Shown: piece by piece, positions 30,292 to 40,914 of the stretch
How positions within the stretch are numbered: the first letter of the stretch is position 1
How the letters are laid out: each line of letters opens with the position of its first letter
Source of the DNA: Actinomycetota bacterium
Lineage (GTDB): Bacteria; Actinomycetota; Acidimicrobiia; Spongiisociales; UBA4744
NCBI GenBank assembly: GCA_013152275.1
Contig: JAADGS010000027.1
Location: forward strand, 124,001-188,000
Direction of reading: 5' to 3'
DNA length: 64,000 nucleotides
The notes under the pieces: model-generated
Seen by the model: the letters and a program-made list of their open reading frames with translations, nothing else
Database searches by the model: none
Told to the model about the DNA's origin: nothing
Program-made: the position numbers and the translations under genes

Positions 30292-31206
30292 GTGTCGACA
30301 CTCTTTCGCAAGGCCTTGCTGGCGGTGACCGAACGGAGTGCGGTTCGGGCGACGTTTACGAGGTTTCCGGCCGGGCGGGCCATGGCCAAGAGATTCGTCG
30401 CCGGTGAAAGCCTTGACGATGCGGTGGCTGTGGCCCGTCGGCTCAACGAGTCCGGTGCCATGGTGTCGCTCGACCATCTCGGTGAGGACGTGCACGACGC
30501 GGCATCGGCCAAGGCGGCGAAAGAGGACTACCTCGCCATACTCGACAGAATCGCGTCCGAGGGTCTCGACGCCAACATCTCCATCAAGTTGACGCAGCTC
30601 GGTATGGCCTTCGACGAGGAACAGGCGCGGGTGGCGCTCGAGGAGCTTGCCACCGAAGCGGCCGAGGTCGGTACGTCGGTGACGGTCGACATGGAGGAGT
30701 CCACCTGGACCGGGATCACGATCGATCTCTATGAGAAGGTCCAGCGTGCTCACGGGAACCTGGGCATCGCCGTGCAGGCCTATCTGCATCGCACTGCGGA
30801 TGACCTCGAGCGGCTGATCCCACTCGGAGGGCATATCAGATTGTGTAAAGGCGCCTATGCCGAACCCGCCGACATCGCCTACCAGTCCAAAGGGGAGGTC
30901 GACGAGTCGTACGAGCGGCTGCTGGAGACGCTGATGGCCGCCAAGGAAACCAAGCCCGCGGTGGCGACCCACGACGAACGTTTGATCGAACGCACGTATG
31001 TGCTGGCCGCGTCGAGGGAAGAGCCGTTCGAGTTCCAGATGCTCTACGGGATCAGAGAGAACCTGCAGCAGGAGATCGTGGCCAAGGGGTACCCGCTGCG
31101 GGTGTACGTGCCGTACGGTTCCCAGTGGTATCCCTACCTGACCCGGCGGCTCGCGGAGCGCCCGGCCAACCTCTGGTTCTTCGCGAGGGCCCTGATCGGG
31201 CGGTAA
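30292..31206 (+). CDS. Monofunctional proline dehydrogenase
   Basis: RFVAGE, SIKLTQLG, VDMEES, RLCKGAY, ATHD, EFQMLYG, RRLAERPAN. Confidence 0.95.
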   Translation: MSTLFRKALLAVTERSAVRATFTRFPAGRAMAKRFVAGESLDDAVAVARRLNESGAMVSLDHLGEDVHDAASAKAAKEDYLAILDRIASEGLDANISIKLTQLGMAFDEEQARVALEELATEAAEVGTSVTVDMEESTWTGITIDLYEKVQRAHGNLGIAVQAYLHRTADDLERLIPLGGHIRLCKGAYAEPADIAYQSKGEVDESYERLLETLMAAKETKPAVATHDERLIERTYVLAASREEPFEFQMLYGIRENLQQEIVAKGYPLRVYVPYGSQWYPYLTRRLAERPANLWFFARALIGR

Positions 31207-31207
31207 C

Positions 31208-31261
31208 TCACTGAACCCAGGGCTCGTAGGGGTCGTGGCGACCCCCCTGAGCCCTGGGTTC
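31208..31261. repeat. REP-like nested palindromic element, copy 2 (inverted)
   Basis: GAACCCAGGGCTC-GTAGGGGTCGTGGCGACCCCCCT-GAGCCCTGGGTTC between convergent genes; matches the reverse complement of 509-567. Confidence 0.8.
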
Positions 31262-31269
31262 GCAGGGGG

Positions 31270-32382
31270 TCAGTCGTCGAGTCTGCCGAGGAGGTCCTCG
31301 ACCAGGCCCGCCTCGTCGTGAAGTGGACCGACGGCTCCGGCACCATGACGGCACCAGGTGCACAGTGTCCGTCCGTCGGCGCCGACCTTGGCTGCCGTGG
31401 GCGTGTTGCAGCTTTCGCAGGCGGTCAGGGGTCCGGCCGCCAGTGTTCTGGCGTTGAGCAACCCCTCGATCCGGTCGCCGAAGCTCACTGCCGATTCCGG
31501 ACAGGCAACGGCACAGATCCCACAGTCGAGACATGCCGCCGGCCGAAACGAGATGGCGAACGTCGCATCTTTCGTCGACATCGTCAGCGCATCGGTGGGA
31601 CAGAACTGCACGCACGCCCGACACGCGGTGCACGCATCCGGATCGATGCGAACATCGGCAAAGGGAATTCGTGTCGTGCCCATCTCATCGATCGTGGGAA
31701 GGTGGGCGAGCAGCCGGACGCGCGATGTCGGAAGGCTGCCGCCGGGATCCCGATCGGTCAGTTCGGCAGCGCGATCCCGGACCAGGCCGAACAGCGCCCG
31801 CCGGGTGAAGTGCGGGTGGGCCCCGTCGATGACCTCGCGGACGGCGGCTGTTTCCGTCGCGTCCGAGGCGACGCGGATGGCCTGAGGGTTTCCGAGGAGG
31901 GCATTCACCGAATCGACCGCTGTGGCGATGACCGTGTGCGCCGAGCCGATGGGGCACTCTTCGCAGAGGGTGTCGTCCAGCACGATCGGTCGGTTCCCTT
32001 GGTCGGACAGTTCCAGGAGGTCGCCTATGTCGAGGCTTCCCAGGCATCGGGGGTGGGTGACGACGATGGCCGTCGGAAGTGGAGCTTTCCGCGGGTTGGT
32101 GCGGCGAACGCACACGACGCCGAGTTCGTCGGGTGCGTGCTGCGAGACCGACCGGAGGAGTGTCCGTTCGGTGTGGTCTCCCTCGCCGAACACGTCGGTT
32201 GGGCATACCGCGATGCAGACGCCACAGGCAACGCATGTTTCGGTGTCGAGGATCGGTGCAGGATGCTCCAAGCTGATCGCATCGACCGGACAAGCATTCG
32301 CGCACAGTCGGCAACCCGCGCGCCGATGGATGAGGTTGAGGCATCGGTCGAGGTCTGCCGATGGGACGTGTTGGCCGATCAC
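31270..32382 (-). CDS. Polyferredoxin (multi 4Fe-4S) accessory protein
   Basis: CRLCANACP, CVACGVCIAVCP, CTACRACVQFCP, CLDCGICAVACP plus extra Cys pairs. GTG 32382 follows GGAGG. Confidence 0.85.
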   Translation of the reverse strand: MIGQHVPSADLDRCLNLIHRRAGCRLCANACPVDAISLEHPAPILDTETCVACGVCIAVCPTDVFGEGDHTERTLLRSVSQHAPDELGVVCVRRTNPRKAPLPTAIVVTHPRCLGSLDIGDLLELSDQGNRPIVLDDTLCEECPIGSAHTVIATAVDSVNALLGNPQAIRVASDATETAAVREVIDGAHPHFTRRALFGLVRDRAAELTDRDPGGSLPTSRVRLLAHLPTIDEMGTTRIPFADVRIDPDACTACRACVQFCPTDALTMSTKDATFAISFRPAACLDCGICAVACPESAVSFGDRIEGLLNARTLAAGPLTACESCNTPTAAKVGADGRTLCTWCRHGAGAVGPLHDEAGLVEDLLGRLDD

Positions 32383-32391
32383 CCGTGGCCT

Positions 32392-32435
32392 CCAGACGCA
32401 ATCATGGGTCCGATCGGACCCATGATCGCGTCTGG
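32392..32435. repeat. 44-bp near-perfect palindrome
   Basis: CCAGACGCAATCATGGGTCCGA|TCGGACCCATGATCGCGTCTGG, one mismatch. Confidence 0.85.
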
Positions 32436-32500
32436 GAGGAATACTGCAACGTGGGGCAGGCGAATCACCGATCGTCGCGGTGGCGCCGCTCGCCGGACTC

Positions 32501-35500
32501 CTACACCTTCTCGACCCTGACTTTCGTGTCGTAGAAGCTGGCGCTCCCACCGATCGGGTCGGTGAGACAGACGTCGCCGACCACCGGGTCGATTCGCATC
32601 GCCGGGTTCGGTACCGTGCCGGACGCCCGGGCCGGTTCGCCCTTGATCGTTTGACCGTCGATGACGATGTCGTTCGAGCCATACGCCCAGTGGCCCCGCC
32701 ACGAGAGTGCCACGGTGCCCGGACGCATCCCCTCCATCACATCCACTTCGGCTTCGACCGCGTAGGTGCGGCCATCACCGAGATCGAAGGTCCCGGTCGG
32801 AAGGCTCGCCGACACGATGCGGGCACGCTCACCCGACTTGATGCCTCGCGCAACCGCGTCCCTCGTGTTCATCTGGATGTGGTTCCTGGGCGACAGTGCC
32901 TTCTGGAGCCAGGCGGATCCTCGGCTGCGGCTCTGACCCTCCCAGATCTCCTTGAAGGTGATGAGGCTCAAATCGAACGCTCCGTCGTCGATCTCGTTGC
33001 CGGCCGCATCCTTGACCGGTTGCCACTTCGGTAGACCATCGAACCGTTCACCGGTCATGCTGTCTTTCACCTTGGACACGTTCTCGATGAACAGGTTCCA
33101 CCGGCCCTTCCATTGGTGGGCGAGCCACTCGTTGTCCTTGTACAGCTTGTCGCTCGCCTCGAATCGCCCGCCCCGGTTGAGTAGGTGGACGACGCTGGGC
33201 CACAGTTTCGGCGGTACGGCTCGCATCCACACGTCCTCGTCGAAGACGGTCTTCGGGAGGTGGCGTCTCGCTTCCCGGAAGATGCGGAACTCCTCACTGT
33301 CCGACTCCGGCAGTGTTTCGGAGCCGTCCTCCTTGTCTCCGAACGCCAGGTTGGCGAAGAACGCCAGGAAGTACTGCTCGGGACGGTCCAACGGGTAGCC
33401 GGGTCCGAGTCCATCCTTTCCGAATCCAGCCAGACCGAGCTTCTTGCCCACGGCGATCAAGAACGCGTCGAATGAGATCGGCATCCGTTCGCCGTCGATC
33501 TCGACGATCTCGGTCAGGGGAGCCATGGTGGGCTGGCGTATCTTGCTCATCTTCGTCAGGATCGCCGGCGACGTGTGTGGCGTTCCCCAACGTTCCATGT
33601 AGGTGAGGTCCGGCACGATGTAGTCCGCGTACATGGAGGTCTCGCCGACCACGATGTCACACGCGATGAACAGCGGGATCTTGGTGGGATCTCGCAGGAG
33701 ATCGATCTGTGCCTGTCCCGCCGGTGAGGCGAGGGCCACGGTTCCCATGTTCGTGAGCACCACTTTCGCCGAGTACGGGTACCCTGCCGCGGCGCTGGGG
33801 ATGACGTGCTGGTAGACGTCGTTCGTGAACGGGTACCAGGGCCGCTTGGCCGGGAACCCTTCGAACAGCGTCGTCTTGTCGTAGGACGCCTGTTGGCGGT
33901 TGATGTGGATGCCCCACTTCTTCAGTCCGCCGGGGGCTGCGGCAACGACACTCTTCGGGAAGGGTGCCCCGGGTTTGGAGCCGTCCTCGTGCCAGTGGCC
34001 GCCACCCGCGGTGAGACCGCCGCGATGGTTCACGTTGCCGATCAGCACATTGAGGGTGATGATCGCCTGACCGTTGTGGTAGCCGTTGGTGTGCTGCACC
34101 GGACCCCGATACATGTCGGTGGCGGCGCGCTTTCCGTGACTCGTGAATTCGTCGGCCAAGCTCACGATGTCCTGCTCACGTATGCCGCAGATATCTGCGT
34201 ACTCGGCGAGCGTCCTCTCGTTCGCCCGATCCGCCAGCAGCTGAAACGCCGGCTTGACCACGATGCCGTTGACGGTGAACTCGCCCAGCAAGGCACCGGC
34301 CGCTGCCGCGTCGGCGAGCGTCGGACCGCCATCGGTCATCAGGACACGAGCTCCCGTGACCGGCTCGCCGTTCTCGTCGGTGGGAGGTTCGAGTCCGGCG
34401 TCTTCCGCCGTGAGGAACACCATCTCGTCGACCCGGACCAGATGGGTTGCGTCGGTGTAGGTGACTTCGCCGTTCGCCTTCGCAGCGTCCATGCTCGGTG
34501 CAGACAGGTAGGCGGCGTCGTAACGGTCGCTCGCGATGATCCAGCGGATCATGCCCAGCGCCAGGGCGCCGTCGGCGCCAGGATTCACCGGAACCCACTT
34601 CCAGGCTTTCGTGGCAGTCTTGCTGAGCCGCGGGTCGACGACGGCGAACTTGAACTTGTTCCTGATCAGTGAGTCGGTGACCTGTTCGGCCATCGGTGTC
34701 GGACCGAAGTTCGCCTCGAACGCGCCGGTGCCGAAGAAGATGACGAACTCGGCCGAGAGGAGATCCGGCTTCAAGTGGTCCTTGCCACCGGTCATCTGCT
34801 TGAACGCGATGTGGTGGCTCTGCTCACAGATGGTGGTATGCAGGTAGTAGTTCACCGAGCCCATACCGTCATACGTGAAGCGTTTGCTCAGCTCCTTGCG
34901 GCCGTGTTCGACGCGTCCGCCCAGGAACACGAACTGGTTGTTCACCGGTCCGAGATCCGGATGGTCGGGATCGATGAGGAGATCGAGATGGGCGGCGTGC
35001 TTCTGTTTGAACTCGTCGACCGTCATGTCACCGGCCACGACGGCGCTCGTGTCTTCGGCAAGCTGCTTGGCCAGCTCAGGATCCCGGAGCTTGTAGACGT
35101 CCTGGAGCCCGTCGACCGGACCCTCGCCGAAAAGGTCTCCACCGGTGACGACCTCGTCGATGAACTGGTTCCATTCGATCACCTGCCACTGGCCTTGGCC
35201 TCTCCGACCGACACGCTTGAGGACCTTTCGGATCCGGTACGGGTCGTAGGCGATCTGGACCGATGATTGTCCTTTCGGGCAGAGCTTCGCATCGTCCTTG
35301 GCCGCCTCCGGCAGCGGGGTGTTCTCCCACAATGCAGGCAGGAGATTCATCGGGCTGTACGGGTTGCCGTCGACCTTCACGAGCACACCGTCTTGAAGCT
35401 TCGCCTTGAGGGTGCAGGCCGTGTGACAGCCCAGGCAGACCGAGTAGATGAGGTTTTCGGGCTTGTTCAGTGCATAGACGTCGCCGGCGAGTGCCGTGGT

Positions 35501-35659
35501 GGGCTCCACGATGTTCCCGGTGATTCGTGCGAGCGCCGGAAGGGAACCGGCCATGGCGATCGATCCACCGACGAGGGCGCTCGTCTTGACGAAATCTCGT
35601 CGAGTTACCGAGAACGTGCTGTCGTTTTCCTGGGTGTCAACGTGGCGTTCATCGGCCAT
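32501..35659 (-). CDS. Molybdopterin oxidoreductase catalytic subunit, TtrA/SrdA-like (DMSO reductase family)
   Basis: Tat motif TRRDFVK, CLGCHTAC...CPKG Fe-S site, GNPYSP, GGDLFGEGPVDGL, LIDPDHPDLGP, HTTIC, ETSMYADYIVPD. Confidence 0.88.
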   Translation of the reverse strand: MADERHVDTQENDSTFSVTRRDFVKTSALVGGSIAMAGSLPALARITGNIVEPTTALAGDVYALNKPENLIYSVCLGCHTACTLKAKLQDGVLVKVDGNPYSPMNLLPALWENTPLPEAAKDDAKLCPKGQSSVQIAYDPYRIRKVLKRVGRRGQGQWQVIEWNQFIDEVVTGGDLFGEGPVDGLQDVYKLRDPELAKQLAEDTSAVVAGDMTVDEFKQKHAAHLDLLIDPDHPDLGPVNNQFVFLGGRVEHGRKELSKRFTYDGMGSVNYYLHTTICEQSHHIAFKQMTGGKDHLKPDLLSAEFVIFFGTGAFEANFGPTPMAEQVTDSLIRNKFKFAVVDPRLSKTATKAWKWVPVNPGADGALALGMIRWIIASDRYDAAYLSAPSMDAAKANGEVTYTDATHLVRVDEMVFLTAEDAGLEPPTDENGEPVTGARVLMTDGGPTLADAAAAGALLGEFTVNGIVVKPAFQLLADRANERTLAEYADICGIREQDIVSLADEFTSHGKRAATDMYRGPVQHTNGYHNGQAIITLNVLIGNVNHRGGLTAGGGHWHEDGSKPGAPFPKSVVAAAPGGLKKWGIHINRQQASYDKTTLFEGFPAKRPWYPFTNDVYQHVIPSAAAGYPYSAKVVLTNMGTVALASPAGQAQIDLLRDPTKIPLFIACDIVVGETSMYADYIVPDLTYMERWGTPHTSPAILTKMSKIRQPTMAPLTEIVEIDGERMPISFDAFLIAVGKKLGLAGFGKDGLGPGYPLDRPEQYFLAFFANLAFGDKEDGSETLPESDSEEFRIFREARRHLPKTVFDEDVWMRAVPPKLWPSVVHLLNRGGRFEASDKLYKDNEWLAHQWKGRWNLFIENVSKVKDSMTGERFDGLPKWQPVKDAAGNEIDDGAFDLSLITFKEIWEGQSRSRGSAWLQKALSPRNHIQMNTRDAVARGIKSGERARIVSASLPTGTFDLGDGRTYAVEAEVDVMEGMRPGTVALSWRGHWAYGSNDIVIDGQTIKGEPARASGTVPNPAMRIDPVVGDVCLTDPIGGSASFYDTKVRVEKV

Positions 35660-36893
35660 GTCGGACGACCTCCTTCTGACGAATGATCGGTAAGAGTTGG
35701 TATCCGGTGAGGAACAGGATTCCGGCCAGAGAGACCACCCAGACGAAGACGAGCCATTCACCGAGGCTTGGGTAGTAGTTGAACGTCAGGCCGGGACCGG
35801 TGAAGGCGTGCTTGAGCCCGGCGAGCTCTTCGACGTCGAGGCCGGGAAGGACGATGTTCAGCCGCACGGTGAGGAACGTGGATGCGATGAGCGCACCCGC
35901 CCATCCGATCGCCGCCTTCGACCGGCCACGGAAGGTCAGGAGCGCGGCCGGCACGATGACGCCGAGTATGACGTGAACGATCCAGAACGCCCACCAGTAC
36001 GGTCCGAACATGACGAGGCGGATGCTCTCCGTCATCGACGGTACCGCCGATATGAGACCGGTGGAATACTCGGCCCATTCGAGGAGAACGTCGAGCGCCA
36101 GAAGCCCAAGGACGATCTGACCGAGGAAGATGACGGTGTTGCGGTGTGCTCGAGAACCTCGGTCGGGACCCCAAAGGACGGTGAGAAAGGTGAGGAGGGC
36201 ACCTCCCGACACCAGGGCCCCGACCAGGAACACGATCGGTGTGAGGCCTCCGTGCCAGAAGGGTCGTGCACCGACCACACCGAAGAGCGCTCCGACACCT
36301 CCGTGGAAGGCGACGGCGAGGGGAACACCGATCGATCCGAGGATCTTGAGGATTCTGTGGTCCCTCTCGATGCTTTCGGTCGACTGGTCCCTACGTCCGA
36401 ACGTCAGGAAGCCACAGAGCTTGCCTCGAAGCCCTGGATCGTTCGCGCAGGCGGCCAGGTCGGCTCGTATGGCGAACCACAGTTCGACGAGGAGCAGGAC
36501 GAAATAGCTTGTGTACAGCCACGCCATCCAGCCCATCATCGACGTGAAGTGGGTGTGGGTGATCAGGCGGTATGCCCGCAGTGGATGTCCCAGGTCGAAC
36601 CACACCAGCAGCATCGCTCCGAAGAGTGTGATCAGGGCGGTGAAGAGTGCCAGTTTGCCGACTCCTTCGAGCCGCTTCACTCGAAACACGTAGACGAGTG
36701 TCGACAGCAGGAATGCACCGGCAGACAGACCGATCAGGTAGATGTAGGCGGCAACCCACAAACCCCACGGTATGTAGCTGCCGTAGTTGGCCATGTGATG
36801 GCCTTGGGTGATTCGTAGGACCACGCCGACGGTTCCTGCGAGGAACCCTGCGCCGGCGAGTGCCCAGGCGATGGTCTTCGATGTTTTGGTCAC
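35649..36893 (-). CDS. NrfD/PsrC-family membrane anchor (TtrC/SrdC-like)
   Basis: PWGLWVAAYIYLIGLSAG, DLGHPLR, FHGGVGALF. GTG start after GAGGAGG. Confidence 0.9.
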   Translation of the reverse strand: MTKTSKTIAWALAGAGFLAGTVGVVLRITQGHHMANYGSYIPWGLWVAAYIYLIGLSAGAFLLSTLVYVFRVKRLEGVGKLALFTALITLFGAMLLVWFDLGHPLRAYRLITHTHFTSMMGWMAWLYTSYFVLLLVELWFAIRADLAACANDPGLRGKLCGFLTFGRRDQSTESIERDHRILKILGSIGVPLAVAFHGGVGALFGVVGARPFWHGGLTPIVFLVGALVSGGALLTFLTVLWGPDRGSRAHRNTVIFLGQIVLGLLALDVLLEWAEYSTGLISAVPSMTESIRLVMFGPYWWAFWIVHVILGVIVPAALLTFRGRSKAAIGWAGALIASTFLTVRLNIVLPGLDVEELAGLKHAFTGPGLTFNYYPSLGEWLVFVWVVSLAGILFLTGYQLLPIIRQKEVVRHGR

Positions 36894-36907
36894 AGTCACA
36901 CCTCCTC

Positions 36908-37624
36908 TCACACCACGTAATAGACGGATGGTTTCGTGCCGAGCTCTTCCTTGAGCCGGATGACGTCAGGCCGGGCGGCCATCTCGGCGACGAGGGAGTC
37001 CGGATCGTTGATGTCACCGAAGTAGTTCGCGGCGCCGATGCACGTCGTTACACAGGCGGGCAGCAGGCCCTGCTCCAGCCGGTGGAGGCAGAACGTGCAC
37101 TTTCGCGCATTGCCTTCGGGTGACCCACCGTCACGCGGCCATTCCTTGCCGTACTCGTGGTTCGGTAGGAGCTCGTACTCCATCTGGCGTGGAGAGCCTT
37201 CGGTGTAGGTGTGTCCTGTATCGAAAGTTCTGGCGGAGTAGGGGCAGGCGGTGATGCAGTACCGGCATCCGATGCACTGGTCGTAGTCGATCTCGATGAT
37301 GCCGTCGTCGCGTTTCCATGTTGCGCCCACCGGGCACACCTCGACGCAAGGTGGCTCTCCGCACTGCATGCACGGTCGTGGCAAGAACCGTCGGGTTACG
37401 TTGGGGAACGTGCCGATTTCCGTGTCCAACACGGGACGGTAGACGACGCCGGGCGGAAGCTTGTTCTCGGCGACGCAGCTGATGGTGCACGCGTGACAAC
37501 CGACGCACTTGCGCAGATCGATCACCATCACCCAGTGGCGTTGGTCGACGGGTTTCTGAAGCGCCCGTTCGATGTCCATTCGCATTCGGATGAGCACGTT
37601 CTCTTGTTGGAGCAAGTCAGGCAT
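36908..37624 (-). CDS. 4Fe-4S electron-transfer subunit (TtrB/NrfC-like)
   Basis: [41 protein letters not shown]...CVTTC. Confidence 0.93.
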   Translation of the reverse strand: MPDLLQQENVLIRMRMDIERALQKPVDQRHWVMVIDLRKCVGCHACTISCVAENKLPPGVVYRPVLDTEIGTFPNVTRRFLPRPCMQCGEPPCVEVCPVGATWKRDDGIIEIDYDQCIGCRYCITACPYSARTFDTGHTYTEGSPRQMEYELLPNHEYGKEWPRDGGSPEGNARKCTFCLHRLEQGLLPACVTTCIGAANYFGDINDPDSLVAEMAARPDVIRLKEELGTKPSVYYVV

Positions 37625-37737
37625 GCAACATTCTCCTCTCGCATGGCCCGGGGGCATTGCATCATCCAACGCCGGTCGTTGGTAGCGGGAGAATCCCTGA
37701 TTCGTGTCCGTGGGGTCCTGTTTGTCGCGGGGCCCGG

Positions 37738-37757
37738 TGTCGGGGAGATCCCCTACA
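37738..37757. promoter_or_regulatory. Candidate NarL/NreC-type operator upstream of the molybdoenzyme operon
   Basis: Imperfect palindrome TGTCGGGGAGATCCCCTACA; related site GCGGGAGAATCCCTGA near 37685-37700. Confidence 0.45.
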
Positions 37758-37919
37758 TGGCAGAGGAGGCGGCCTTCGAGGTCATGGGCGGGAACCACCA
37801 GCTGTGGTGGGATGCACCGCATGTACTCGAAGACCCCACGATACGGCGGGCACTCGAAGTCAGGGCCGCACGGGCCCTGTGACAGAGGGGTGCTCGACGG
37901 AGCAGCACTCAGGAACCGC

Positions 37920-38576
37920 CTATTGAAGGACCCCGAGTTCCAGGGCGAGTCGCACGAGGGAGGCTCGGCTGTGGAGGTCGAGTTTGCGCATCATGCGCGC
38001 TTTGTAGGTTTCGACGGTTTTGACACTGAGGTACAGCATGTCGGCGATCTCGGTGTTCGAGTGGCCGAGCGCCGTAAGCTCGAAGATCTCGGCCTCTCGC
38101 TCGCTGAGCGAGTTGTAGCGCTCATGCTTCTGGTCGGTCGGCTCCTGTGGCGTGTCGAGGGTGTCTTCGAGTAGCAGCTTGGTGTGGCGGGGGCTGACGT
38201 ACACACCACCTTCGTGGACGGCTCGGATGGCGGTGAGGAGTTCCTCTGCAGCAGACTGTTTGAGGAGGAAACCGGCGCCGCCAGACTCGAGAATCGTCCG
38301 CAGGTATCCGGGGTCGTCGTACATGGTGAGTACGAGCACCTTGCAGTCGGGAGCTCGTTCACGGATCATCGGGAGTGCTTCGAGGCCGCTGCACACGGGC
38401 ATGTTGATGTCCATCACGACGACATCCGGTTTGAGGTGGGCGACGAGATCGACACAGATCGCGCCATCACCGGCTTCTCCGACGACCTCAAGGTCGGCTT
38501 CAGCGTCGAGGAGTGATTTCAGTCCGGCGCGAAGTACTGCATGGTCGTCGGCGAGGACGATTCGAATCGGGCTCAT
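37920..38576 (-). CDS. NarL/NreC-family response regulator
   Basis: [27 protein letters not shown]...[12 protein letters not shown]. Confidence 0.93.
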   Translation of the reverse strand: MSPIRIVLADDHAVLRAGLKSLLDAEADLEVVGEAGDGAICVDLVAHLKPDVVVMDINMPVCSGLEALPMIRERAPDCKVLVLTMYDDPGYLRTILESGGAGFLLKQSAAEELLTAIRAVHEGGVYVSPRHTKLLLEDTLDTPQEPTDQKHERYNSLSEREAEIFELTALGHSNTEIADMLYLSVKTVETYKARMMRKLDLHSRASLVRLALELGVLQ

Positions 38577-39997
38577 GAGGGGACTTCGATGTACACGGAA
38601 GTTCCTCCGCTTCCACTTTCGAAGCGTACGCGTCCCCCGAGAAGGTCGGCGCGTTCGATGATGCTGTGGATGCCGACACTTGTGCCGGAGCGTCGCATGG
38701 CATCGACATCGAACCCGACGCCGTCGTCCTCGATGATCGCCTGGACCAAGCCGTTCCTTTGTGTGACGAGGACACTGATCGTTCTTCCCCGGCTGTGGCG
38801 GGCTGCGTTGGTCATGCTTTCTTGCACCATACGGTACAGCGCGATCTCCACGGTCGAGTGAAGACGGGTGGCGAGGTCGAAGTGGGTGTCCACGGCGAAC
38901 TCGGGATAGATGTTCTCGAAGTCGGCGGCGTAATTGCGAAGTGCCTCGGCGAGCCCCAGATCGTCGAGGACGCTCGGACGCAGGTCCCGTCCGAGTTGTC
39001 GCACGGTCTGGAGCGTCTCGTCGGTGATCGCTCGCAGTTTCGAGGCTCTGGCATTGAGGTCTTCCGCGCCGGTGGCCAGTGTCAGCGCCGAGATCCCCAG
39101 GGTCAGTGAGTTGAGGGCCTGGCCTACACCGTCATGGAGTTCTCGAGCGATCCTCTTTCGCTCCTCTTCCTGGGCGGTGATGAGCTGTTCGAGCAGGCGT
39201 GTCCTGGCCGCTTCCTTCTCGTTGATGGTTGCCTGGCTCTCTTGGAGGTCATCGACCATGTGGTTGAACGCGTCTGCCAGCACGCCGATCTCGTCTTTCG
39301 CCCAGCGTCGGGCCCGCGCAGCGAGATCTCCCGCACCGACTTTCTTGGTCGTGTGTACGAGGTCGAGGATCGGACGAGTGAGGATCCAGGTGAGGAAGAT
39401 GGCGGCAGCGATGCCGGCGAGGGCGACGACCAGCGTGGTGAGCAACATCTGGCCGGTTATCGCATTGATGACATTCTGCAGCCGCTTTTCGGAGAGCCCC
39501 ACGCGAGCCGTGCCGGCGCGACCGTCGAAGATGGGTGCCGAGTACTCGTGCACGGTGCCTTCACTGCTCCCGTAGATGATCTCGCCATCGTCACCGGGAT
39601 GAATACCGAGAAGTTGCGTTGGGAATCCGTCGGCTCCGAACGTGTGGGCCACGACGTTGCCGCTCGGATCGACCACGTAGGCGTAGAGGGCGTCCGGGTG
39701 ATTGGCGACCGTGTCGGTGAGGAGATCGTGCAGTGAGAGTGTGTCGTCCAGGAGGAGTGGATCGGCGCTGCGCCCCGCGATGTCGCTGGCCACGGACTGG
39801 CCCCGGCTGTCCAGTTCACCGATCAGAACCTGGTGGAGGACGGCTCTGACCTGCCACGTGATTCCGAGGCCGAGAACGGTGGTGAGGGCAAGGACGATGC
39901 CGAGAATCTTGGTTCTGACGCTGACGGCGCCCAGGAGCTGTTTCGTCTGACCTGCGTATCGTTCGAGGTTCGACGAGTCGCCGGGGTTGGTGATCAT
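38573..39997 (-). CDS. HAMP HisKA_3 sensor histidine kinase
   Basis: [47 protein letters not shown]. Confidence 0.93.
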   Translation of the reverse strand: MITNPGDSSNLERYAGQTKQLLGAVSVRTKILGIVLALTTVLGLGITWQVRAVLHQVLIGELDSRGQSVASDIAGRSADPLLLDDTLSLHDLLTDTVANHPDALYAYVVDPSGNVVAHTFGADGFPTQLLGIHPGDDGEIIYGSSEGTVHEYSAPIFDGRAGTARVGLSEKRLQNVINAITGQMLLTTLVVALAGIAAAIFLTWILTRPILDLVHTTKKVGAGDLAARARRWAKDEIGVLADAFNHMVDDLQESQATINEKEAARTRLLEQLITAQEEERKRIARELHDGVGQALNSLTLGISALTLATGAEDLNARASKLRAITDETLQTVRQLGRDLRPSVLDDLGLAEALRNYAADFENIYPEFAVDTHFDLATRLHSTVEIALYRMVQESMTNAARHSRGRTISVLVTQRNGLVQAIIEDDGVGFDVDAMRRSGTSVGIHSIIERADLLGGRVRFESGSGGTSVYIEVPS

Positions 39998-40914
39998 GGC
40001 GTCTGCTCGACCGCGTCGATGACGGCGCGTACGCCGTCATAGGCGCCGTCGTCGACGGAGACAAAGCCGTCGATGCCCAGCGTGGCCAGGACCGGTGTGC
40101 CTGTCGGATCCGTCGAGATCGAGAGAAGAAGATCCCTGAGTTCGGCTGCCTGGCGTGGCGTGACGTCCGGAGATACGACCACGGGGGGGATGGTGAATGC
40201 AGGCGATCGGTTGATCACCTTGATCTGCAGGGCGAGGTTCGGATTCCTCTTCAGCGCATAGTCGAGGACGAGGCTGTCGACGGCGGCCGCATCGGCGACT
40301 CCGTCTGCCACGGCTTTGATGGCCCGATCGTGGCTGTAGGTGAAGAATGTTCGAGCGAAGAACGTCTCTGGTGTCTCTCCGAGTTGTTCGACGAGGTACG
40401 TTGGATAGATACGTCCCGTCGTGCTGATCGGATCGGTGAAGGCGAAGACGACTCCACGGAGATCGCTCATGGACTCCGCCGTGCTGTCGTAGGGAACGAT
40501 GAGTTCGGAGTAGTAGATCGTCTGGTCGTCGATCTGGGGGGCAACGAGAAGGCGAAGGCCGAACTGATCGTGACCGGCGACATAGGCGCTCGTGCACACG
40601 AATCCGACTTCGACATCGCCGGACTTGAGAAGATCATTGATCTCCTGGTAGGTCCGGCGTTGGACGATCTCGACCGGTCGACCCAACCTCTCTGCGAGGT
40701 AGCTTGCCAGGGCCCCGTAACTGTCGATGGTGCCTTCGGGCGACAGGATCGCGGCGACGGCGACACGCAGCGGTTTGATCGCGGTGGACGCGGCGACGGG
40801 GACCGGGGATCGGTGGGAAAAGTCGACGTACGGCAGGGCGGCAGTCCGGCTCGCGGTGCACGCACCGAGGAGCAAGGAGAGCACGACGACCCGGGTGACG
40901 CTGCAAGTTCTCAC
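39994..40914 (-). CDS. PhnD-like oxyanion-binding lipoprotein (sensor accessory)
   Basis: Lipobox [38 protein letters not shown]. Coupled to the kinase, with no ABC permease nearby. Confidence 0.85.
   Translation of the reverse strand: MRTCSVTRVVVLSLLLGACTASRTAALPYVDFSHRSPVPVAASTAIKPLRVAVAAILSPEGTIDSYGALASYLAERLGRPVEIVQRRTYQEINDLLKSGDVEVGFVCTSAYVAGHDQFGLRLLVAPQIDDQTIYYSELIVPYDSTAESMSDLRGVVFAFTDPISTTGRIYPTYLVEQLGETPETFFARTFFTYSHDRAIKAVADGVADAAAVDSLVLDYALKRNPNLALQIKVINRSPAFTIPPVVVSPDVTPRQAAELRDLLLSISTDPTGTPVLATLGIDGFVSVDDGAYDGVRAVIDAVEQTP

Noticed and set aside
29464..31206. proC next to proline dehydrogenase as a novel futile cycle
   Set aside because: Both are ordinary proline-metabolism genes and nothing else in the sequence suggests a new function.
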